The position numbers were made by a program, and so were the translations under genes. DNA of 64,000 nucleotides, from positions 193,812,001 to 193,876,000 of the forward strand of contig OZ024743.1 of the NCBI GenBank assembly GCA_964016885.1, read 5' to 3'. The stretch comes from Eledone cirrhosa (lineage: Eukaryota). Positions 54,431 through 64,000 of this stretch are shown one piece after another; the first letter of the stretch is position 1; each line of letters starts with the position of its first letter. The notes below the pieces were generated by a model, which made no database searches, was not told where the DNA came from, and saw only the letters and a program-made list of their open reading frames with translations.

Positions 54431-55089
54431 CCTACTCGTTCCTATTACCCACTTTACTACCCTAAGTATTGAGTACTTTGGTGCGTTATGGTCCACCTGG
54501 TTCCTTATCACATTTGATATAGTGTCTATTCTTATAATCTGTATTTGGTTAAACTTAATCCCTTTTTGTAATTCCTGATGATATGCAGATGTTATATGTA
54601 TTATGTCTTGTATAAATAATTGTTAATTAACTGTTTCTGATTAACTTATTGTTTACATATGCTAGTGCCATTATCACCTTTATAGAAATATACATAGAAA
54701 TCAATGGATTTAAGCTGTTAACCTTGGTTTTGGATGGGATGTCAGTATACTGCAGGGTTGACTTCTAACTATGTGTGATAACAATATGAAATAAAGTCTA
54801 TTGCTCATGACCACAACGTACAACGCTGTCCAGGAATGGAAACCACTATTTGGTTCTGCAGTGATCAACTAATTTCCAACTGTTATGTTCTTTAGTGGTT
54901 GTACATTAACGAGATCGAATCACCTGAAATGAGAGAGAACATAAATAAAAAAGGAGGAATATTTGCTTTGTGTTGAATAAATTCACTATACCAAGAAACG
55001 CAAGTGTCTTTTGTGGTTATGAAAACGGAAAAGGAAGGGAAAGACAAGGGTTCTAGTGTCAGAGAAGAATGGGAAGGTGAAGGGGGAGG

Positions 55090-55320
55090 ATGATGGGCTT
55101 TTGGCCTAGGGTGCGGTGGTGTTGGGACCGCGCCCCGCGGACAAGACCGCAAAAGTATTCCTGCGGACAATGGACAGCGACGCGCTGCAACAGCCACCCT
55201 ACCTCGCGGGTCTCCTTCCTCAGGCGAGCCGCTGACGTCACCATCTTGCGGATGAATTCGGTAGTACGGGGTACAAGTACGAAATTATGTATTGTATAAA
55301 TATGTGGAGACGAGGTATAT
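55090..55320 (+). mobile_element. degenerate CRE-like 3' fragment
   Basis: SFLRRAADVTILRMNS resembles WLFQRVSLPLLRGNA; GC-rich island. Confidence 0.4.
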
Positions 55321-55555
55321 AGGATATATATTCTACGTTACACAGTACATGTTTTTTCTTCACCCATTACTGACATAATAACAACATTAATACGGAGTAA
55401 TTTAAATGGCGTACATACAAACATAATATATACATACATACAAACATACAAACATACATACATACATACATGCATACATACATACAGACATACAGACTTA
55501 CATACAAACATATATACATACATACAAGCATACATACAAACATACATACATACAA

Positions 55556-58500
55556 TACAATGGCGACCGTTGTGGTCAGTGTCCGATAATCGGACGTGTG
55601 TAATTACGGCTTACATGAAGGCAACATACCATATATTTGAAAAAGTTGAACTAAATTACGCGGTAAGATTACATACAATAATTCTACATAAGTGTTTGAA
55701 CTGTAAATGTGTTGTAAAACACCTATTTATATGAACGATACATACACTTATGATATATGAACGATACATACACTTAAACATATAAATGCAACGTTGTTAT
55801 ATTACATTTGTAAAGAAATATGCAAGTAACGTTTTCGATTCAGAAACAAAAACATAAGTGTTTGAACTGTGAGTATGTTGTAGAACACCTATTTATATGA
55901 ATGATACATAAACTTTAACATATAAACACAGCGTTGTTATATTATATTACATTCATAAAGAAATATACTAAGTAACGGTTTTTATTATGTTCTCGATTCA
56001 AACGATTCAAGAACAACGTTTAAAACACAGTTGTAGAATTAAAAACTAACTAGGAAATATTACCTAAGCTGTGAATAACTTTAAAATTGATTCTGACAGA
56101 ACTTTGTCGAAACTTATAAAGAAGATAATCGACTATTTTGAAAAATATATACAAAATAGACGAACTCATCATGGCAAAACGTACAAATTCCCTTCGACCA
56201 AATCGCAACTACAACCGTTGTATACAATGGAGCTACGAGCTTAACAAAGAATTATATGAAGCATACAAACAATCTGAACCCCAAAAGTTTGGTTTTATCC
56301 AAAGGTTAAACACATTATGGAACACCAAACACCCAGAATTAGACTTTTCTCCAAAGTATTTAAATGAACAGCCAAAACGTATCATTACATGTAAATTGAT
56401 ACATCTAACGGAATTAAGTGATACTACAAATACAGCCCTTGTAGACAACCACCCCACCTCCACTGACAGACAAAGAGATTTGCCAGATAAATCTAACAGT
56501 GAACAGCTCACCAACAATTTTGCTGAAAACTATCCCACTTCCACCGAAGAACAGCGAGAATGGTCAGCTAACTCTAGTAGTAATTGTCACCACATCAACA
56601 ACGAGGCTGAAATTCACGACTCTACTGTAAAAACAGAACACCAAAAACTTGTGGACACATTACAAGTGATATGGAACGATATGTTTCAAGAGATACACAG
56701 CCTTAATGTGAGTGACAGATCATACAACACCAGAATCAGTAAATAACCCACTAAATTGGAATTGGAAGCGGTGAACGAAATAGCTGACAATTATCTGAAG
56801 GCTATACGATCTAAAGGTGTAGAAACGACATTTGAAACGCTTAATATTTTGTTATATGTTTCAGCTGTCACATTGCTATCATACAACACACATCTAAAAC
56901 CACGCAATCAAGATACAAACAAAAAGCCTGAACCAGCGTGGATGCGATATTTAAAAAGAAAAAATTTTGTCCCTGAGACGAAGTATCTCACACATCGCAG
57001 TCGTTATGAAATGCAACATAGAGAGCAACTTCACACGACACCAGGAAGACCTAAAAAAAAAGTTAGAGACGATTTGGAGATACAAAATTTAAAACTTTGA
57101 ACTCCAAATTACACCAGTTGAAACAACAACTCACAGCTACAACAGAAAGACTAAAATATAGGTCAACAGCACATAAACGACAAGTGCTAAATAGATTGTT
57201 TGCCAGAGATCCTAAATCAGTTTATCGCAGCTTCGGTTGCAAAAGCTCAATCTCTGTAAATGACACCCCTTCAAAAGAAGAGGTTGAGAGCTACTGGAGA
57301 TCTGTATGGGAAACGGATGACGGGTTCAACAGAAAAACTAATTGGCTAAAAGAACTGGAACAGGACTACTGCCAACATGTCCAGACAAAACAATATGTCA
57401 TAGATGGGTCAATACTGGAAACAGCTCTACAGACAGTGTCGAATAGGAAATCACCAGGCCCAGACCTCATTACAGGATACTGGTTGAAGAATTTCACTTT
57501 CTATCGGCAAGATCTCATACGGCTGTTTACAGAAACCATTAAAGGCACACAAGAACTGCCCAAATGGTTATCAACTGCCACTACTCTCCTCATTCCCCAA
57601 AATAGCCAAACCACCCTTGCTAAAAATTAGCGCCCAATAGCCTGCCAAAACAGCATGTATAAATTATATACTGGGTGCCTTACCCTGTTCTTACAGGATC
57701 ACTGTGCTACCAACAACATCATAACACCTGAGCAAGCTGGTGGAAAGAGGTTTGGGGTTGCATAGATCACCTACTAACTAACAAAATGATTCAAGAAAAA
57801 ACAACAAAAAATCGCAGAAACATGACTGTGGTGTGGCTGGACTATCGAAAAGCATTTGATAGTGTACCTCATGGGTGGATTGTTAAGACTTTACAGTTAG
57901 CCAGAGTCCCACAACCAATGGTAGCTGCTGTTGAACGTCTGACCAAGAACTGGTACACAATTTGATTCTTAGAGGTGAGAAGGAGCAAGTTAAGACTGAT
58001 AAGATACATTACCAGAAGGGCGTCTTTCAGGGTGACAGCTTGTCAGTGCTACTCTTCGTTCTCTCACTAAATCCACTATCTTACCTACTCAGGAAACAAG
58101 GTAGACAAAGAAGTGGGTCCAGAAGTATCTCCCATCTTTTCTTTGTTGAAGAGCTGAAGTTGTATGGGCCAAATATCAATGACATCAAGAAACAATTGGA
58201 CCTCGTTACACAATTTTCAACGGACATCAAAATGAAATTTGGTGAGTCCAAGTGTGCATATTTGGCAGTAAAACGTGGAAGAGCTGTGCCCTCCTCTAGA
58301 AATCTAGAGATGAACGGCCTGACAATACAACCTCTACAGTTAGGTGACAACTACAGATATCTTGGACAGGATGAGAATGTCAGATATGATGGACCCATAA
58401 ATAAGGAGAGAACCACAACTGAATACCTCAGAAGATTAAAGAAAATATGGTCATCAGAACTTTCAGCGTACAACAAATACATTGCCCACAATACTTATGC

Positions 58501-59680
58501 TGTGCCAATTCTAACGCCAACATTTGGCCTGCTGAACTGGTCATTGCAAGAACTAAGTGAGATGGATGTTAGAACTCGCAAACTTCTCAGTGTTACTGGG
58601 AACTTTAACATCAATGGTGATGTGGATAAGCTATACTTCTCACGCAAGGAAGGTGGCCGGGGTCTAAAATCCATATTAACAACATATGAGACCCGGATAG
58701 TAACACTGAAGCAACACCTTCAACAGAGGAAAAAGGTTGGCAACCATCTTGCTCAGGTTTATGAGCATGAAAAAAAATATATCATTAGAATAGCGACTGA
58801 TCTGGAGGAGAGATATGGAATAAAGCCTGATATAAATCTCTCACCCAGAGAAATCGGAAGATCCTATTCAATGTTCAAACAAGATGACAAAATTGACCAA
58901 TTTACAGAAAAAGTTGTGCATGGATACTTGAGACGTAAAACACAGACCATAGAGGCGATAAACTACGCAAGGGATACCTCTATGCAATAGGGATATCTCT
59001 ATGCAATACAGGAACAAGAACTCCCTACCAAATATCTACTGCACAAAAGGGGAGGACTATCAGCTGACAATATATATAGGCTATGTAAAACAAAGGATGT
59101 AAGCCACATTGTTGCCAGCTGCGAAAGAATGTCATCTCGCTGCTACCTCCCAATGAGACACGATGGGATAGCTATCTGGAACGCACTTCGGAAAACAAAA
59201 TTAACAACAAACGAGGAAGAATATATTGAGACAAATGGCACTAAGGAATACTGGTGGAACCTGAAAATAAAAACTGCCACCAAATTAAAGCACAACTGGT
59301 TTGATATTGTTGTTTGGGACCACACATTGAAAACGTGTTCTGTTGTCAGAAAAATACAGGAGAAGGAAGACATCTACGGACCATTGATGAGGAGTTTACA
59401 AATCCAGTCTCCAAGATACACTTTTAGCTTCATATCCATAATTATTGGAGCTACGAGTTATATACCAACCCGCTTGGACGAAAGTATGACTGAACTTGCA
59501 TTTGCGGACTAAGAGCGCAGCTCCCTAATTCATAGTCTGCGATAGCTGGCACCTTCAAAATTTGCAAAAAATTCTTGCGATTCAAGGGATGACAATTTCT
59601 TTTCTTTTACAACCTTGCCACCAAGAAGGTGGCCGGTCAAAAAAATATACTCGAAATTTAGAGAAAGAGATAACATAAAC
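55556..59680 (+). mobile_element. near full-length R4/Dong-clade non-LTR retrotransposon (RT + RLE), copy A, within (TACA)n
   Basis: N-terminal WSYELNKELYEAY...LWNTKHP, KSPGPD, WLDYRKAFDSVPH, GVFQGDSLS, RKEGGRGL, RHD and an RLE region. TACA tracts at about 55430-55555 and 59690-59808. Confidence 0.85.
56171..59592 (+). pseudogene. R4/Dong single ORF, multiple stops and frameshifts
   Basis: ORF pieces 56138-56746, 56756-57100, 57097-57630, 57962-58990 and 59129-59512. Confidence 0.85.
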
Positions 59681-59807
59681 ATACTTAAAAATCTACATAC
59701 AAACATACATGCATAAATGCATATATAAAAACACACAGATATATACATACATATATACATACATATATAAACATACTTGCATACATACATATATACATAC
59801 ATATATA

Positions 59808-60232
59808 CATGGTGGCTGCCAACTCGTTTTCGAGTACGGCCACTACTTTATACCAGAACCCCTAGCGATGCGCTGAACGAGTGTGACTTTTTAGTCCAGC
59901 CAGCGACTTGAAAACTCTGGTACAAACACTACACTTGTGACAATTATTGACACATAGTGCTGGGCTCATGGTACCATGTGACGGCAAGTGCAGAGAGATC
60001 TCCAGATATAAAGCAATGCCTGTGCCGTGAAGCTTTTATAGTGAGCAAAGGCACTGCACAAAGCCAGTCCCACTCTCTTAACCAAGATGATATTTACCAA
60101 AAAGAAGAACAAGTCAACATCATTGGATACCATCAGGGTTGCAGGTGTTATATCAGAGTTTTCCTTCTCCTAGAATTCTGCCTTGACAAAGGCTAAGGGG
60201 TCATCTCTCCCGGTGATTTTGTATGGCCATTG
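59808..60232 (-). mobile_element. RTE-derived SINE-like element, family D2, 5'-truncated
   Basis: Matches 52033-52468. Confidence 0.75.
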
Positions 60233-60451
60233 ACACATATATACATACATATATACAAATAGTTATACAAAAATACATACATATGCGTGCATACTCACAA
60301 ACATACAGTGAATCATTCGCAACAATGTTGGATGGATGTATGTGTGTATGTATGTATGTATGTATGTATGTATGTATGTATGTATGTATGTATGTATGTA
60401 TGTGTTTATGTATGTATGTATGTGTGAATGTATGTACGTATGTATGTATGT

Positions 60452-61022
60452 ACTTTTAACCTCCACGATCGTTGGAGGCTCAGCAAGGATTTCCTTTGCT
60501 GGCTTCTCAGGTATGGACCTGATAAACTCTTCGTCAACCTCTGAATCCCTATTGAGAAGTTCATCAAAATGTTCCCGCCGTCTCAACAGGATATCATTGG
60601 GATCTCTAAGGAGCTGATTCATGTTGGTCTTCCCGAAGGCACTCACAGACAGCCTGACCTGACATGTGAGACCTGTAATAGGGTTTGTCTGAGTATTGCA
60701 GGTCTAAAGGGTCACCTGAGAGTGCACAAGAACAGGGAAGCAGGCACCTGTGGAGCTATAAGTGTTCATCAGACGACGATATGTGATGTTTGTGGAAGGG
60801 TATGCACGTCGAGTAGTGATCTCACGACACCTTGGGTTACATGGTGCCATGGGCCTAGCACTAGGTGTCAATAATTGTCACAGGTGTCAATAATTGTCAC
60901 AATAATTGTCACAAGTCGCTGGCTGGACTAAAAAACCACACTCGTTCAGCGCATCGGTAGGGGTTCTCCTACATGGATATAAAATAGTGGCCATACTCGA
61001 AAACGAGTTGGCAGCCACCATG
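60452..61022 (+). mobile_element. RTE LINE 3' end with an inverted internal piece
   Basis: 60452-60625 (-) encodes DILLRRREHFDELLNR...EPPTIVEV. 60640-60840 (+) encodes C2H2 fingers CETCNRVCLSIAGLKGHLRVH and CDVCGRVC. The 3' UTR is followed by (TATG)n. Confidence 0.75.
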
Positions 61023-61174
61023 TATGTATGTGTGTATGTATGTATGTATGAATGCATGTATGTATGTGTGTGTATGCATGTATGTATGTATGTATGTATG
61101 TATGTATGTATGTATGTATGTATGTATGTATGTATGTATGTATGTATGTGTGAATGTATGTATGTATGCATGTA

Positions 61175-64000
61175 TGTTATCTCTTTCTCTTAATTTCGAG
61201 TATATTTTTTTGACCGGCCACCTTTCTGGTGGCAAGGTTGTAAAAGAAAAGAAATTGTCATCCCTTGAATCGCAAGAATGTTTTCCAAATTTTGAAGGTG
61301 CCAGCTATCGCAGCCATTTGTAGACTATGAATTAGGGAGCTGCGCTTTTTGTCCGCAAATCCAAGTTCAGTCATACTTTGGTCCAAGCGGGTTGGTATAT
61401 AACACGTAGCTCCAATAATGATGGGTATGAAGCTAAAGGTGTATCTTGGAGACTGGATTTGTAAACTCCTCATCAATGGTCCGTAGATGTCCTCCTACTC
61501 CTGTATTTTTCTGACAACGTTTACATCAAGTGGGCAGCTGATCTCCACAACAGAACACGTTTTCAATGTGTGGTCCCAAACAACAATATCAGGCCGGTTG
61601 TGCTTTAAGTTGGTGGCAGTTTTTATTTTCAGGTTCCACCAGTATTCCTTAGTGCCATTTGTCTCAATATATTCTTCCTCGTTTGTTGTTAATTTTGTTT
61701 TCCGAAGTGCGTTCCAGATGGTTCTAGCTATCCCATCGTGTCTCATTGGGAGGTAGTAGCATGATGACACACTTTCGCAGCTGGCAACAATATGGCTTAC
61801 ATCCTCGATCTTTGTTTTACATAGCCTACATTTATTGTCAGCTGATGGCCCTCCCCTTTTGTGCAGCAGATATTTGGAAGGGAGTTCTTGTTCCTGTATT
61901 GCATAGAGATATCCCTCAAGGTGTGATGCCATGAACTTGTCGGAACTCCATGCCAGGCTTTTTGAGTGGTTTATCCCCTCTATGGTCTGTGTTTTACGTC
62001 TCAAGTATCCATGCACAACTTTTTCTGTAAATTGGTCAATTTGTTCATCTTGTTTGAACATTGAATAGGATCTTCCGATTTCTCTGGGGTAGAGATTTAT
62101 ATCAGGCTTTATTCCATATCTCTCCTCCAGATCAGTCGCTATTCTAATGATATATTTTTTTTCATGCTCATAAACCTGGGCAAGATGGTTGCCAACCTTT
62201 TTCCTCTGTTGAAGGTGTTGCTTCAGTGTTACTATCCGGGTCTCATATGTTGTTAATATGGATTTTAGACCCCGGCCACCTTCATTGCGTGAGAAGTATA
62301 GCCTATCCACATCCCCATTGATGTTAAAGTTCCCAGTAACACTGAGAAGTTTGCGAGTTCTAGCATCCATCTCACTTAGTTCTTGCAATGACCAGTTCAG
62401 CAGGCCAAATGTTGGCGTTAGAATTGGCACAGCATAAGTATTGTGGGCAATGTATTTGTTGTACGCTGACAGTTCTGATGACCATATTTTCTTTACTCTT
62501 CTGAGGTATTCAGTTGTGGTTCTTTCCTTATTTATGGGTCAATCATATCTGACATTCTCATCCTGTCCAGTTTTACCTGTAGTTGTCACCTGACTGTAGA
62601 GGTTGTATTGTCAGGCCGTTCATCTCTAGATTTCTAGAGGAGGGCACAGCTCTTCCACGTTTTACTGCCAAATATGCACACTTGGACTCACCAAATTTCA
62701 TTTTGATGTCCGTTGAAAATTGTGTAATGAGGTCCAATTGTTTCTTGATGTCATTGATATTTGGCCCATACAACTTCATGTCATCAACAAAGAAAAGATG
62801 GGAGATACTTCTGGACCAACTTCTTGTCCACTTTGTTTCCTGAGTAGGTAAGATAGTGGATTTTGTGAGAGAACGAAGAGTAGCACTGACAAGCTGTCAC
62901 CCTGAAAGACGCCCTTCTGGTAATGTATCTTATCAGTCTTAACTTGCTCCTTCTCACCTCTAAGAATCAAATTGGTGTACCAGTTCTTGGTCAGGCGTTC
63001 AACAGCATCTACCAATGGTTGTGGGACTTTGACTAACTGTAAAGCCTTAACAATCCACCCATGAGGTACACTATCAAATGCTTTTCGATAGTCCAGCCAC
63101 ACCACAGTCATGTTTCTGCGATTCTTTGTTGTTTTTTCTTGAATCATTTCATTAGTTAGTAGGTGATCTACGCAACCCCACACCTCTTTCCACCAGCTTG
63201 CTCAGGTGTTATGATGTTGTTGGTAGCACAGTGATCCTGTAAGAACAGGTTAAGGCACCCAGTATATAATTAATACATGATGTTTTGGCAGGCTATTTGG
63301 TGGTAATTTTTAGCAAGGATGGTTCGGCTATTTTGGGGAATGAGGAGAGTAGTGGCAGTTGATAACCATCTGGGCAGTTCTTGTGTGCCTTTAATGGTTT
63401 CTGTAAACAGCCGTATGAGATCTTGCCGATAGAAAGTGAAATTCTTCAACCAGTATCCTGTAATGAAGTCTGGGCCTGGTGATTTCCTATTCGACACTTT
63501 CTGTAGAGCTGTTTCCAGTATTGACCCATCTATGTCATATTGTTTTGTCTGGACAATGTTGGCAGTAGTCCTGTTCCAGTTCTTTTAGTCAATTAGTTTG
63601 TCTGTTGAATCCATCATCCGTTTCCCATACAGATCCCCAGTAGCTCTCAACCTCTTCTTTTGAAGGGGTGTCATTTACAGAGATTGAGCTTTTGCCACCG
63701 AAGCTGCTATAAACTGATTTAGGATCTCTGGCAAACAATCTATTTAGCACTTGTCGTTTATCTGCTGTTGACTTATATTTTAGTCTTTCTGTTGTAGCTG
63801 TGAGTTGTTGTTTCAACTGGTGTAATTTGGAGTTCAAAGTTTTAAATGTTGTATCTCCAAATCGTCTCTAACTTTTTTTTTAGGTCTTCCTGGTGTCGTG
63901 TGAAGTTGCTCTCTATGTTGCATTTCATAACGACTGCGATGTGTGAGATACTTCGTCTCAGGGACAAAATTTTGCTTTTTAAATATCGCATCCACGCTGG
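61175..64000 (-). mobile_element. R4/Dong-clade retrotransposon, copy B (runs off the window)
   Basis: Reverse complement of about 56933-59680; FVDDMKLY, CRLC..HIVASC, RHD, NRPDIVV..VVEISCP. Confidence 0.9.

Larger units (their letters stand above)
53477..54515. mobile_element. family R4 non-coding PLE-like element with a long fold-back
   Basis: 53477-53826 is the reverse complement of 53862-53908 plus 54143-54444. Each arm has a hammerhead motif, and (TA)n flanks the left end. Confidence 0.75.

Noticed and set aside
60569-60874. Host C2H2 zinc-finger gene exon
   Set aside because: The fingers are followed by an RTE-type 3' UTR and (TATG)n tail, so they fit an RTE ORF end.

Overview
AT-rich eukaryotic DNA dense in microsatellites, with no recognisable host gene, consistent with an intergenic or intronic region. 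The repeat landscape resembles a cephalopod (octopus-like) genome, which is an inference. Almost all interpretable sequence is retroelement-derived. It includes a Neptune-type Penelope-like element (PLE) remnant, a head-to-tail array of five Tx1/L1-like LINE copies within (TATC)n, and two R4/Dong-like RLE LINEs within (TACA)n. There are also RTE and CRE fragments, several SINE families and a hAT MITE. The most notable signal is a set of non-coding, (TA)n-flanked, partly tandem and partly fold-back elements carrying type I hammerhead ribozyme motifs with unusually long, structured stem II extensions. Two related families (522 and 531 bp monomers) show almost complete covariation of that extension, and a third has a branched stem II. 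These look like retrozyme or PLE-satellite elements that could yield self-cleaved, possibly circular RNAs. All structures were read by eye; no folding or database search was run.
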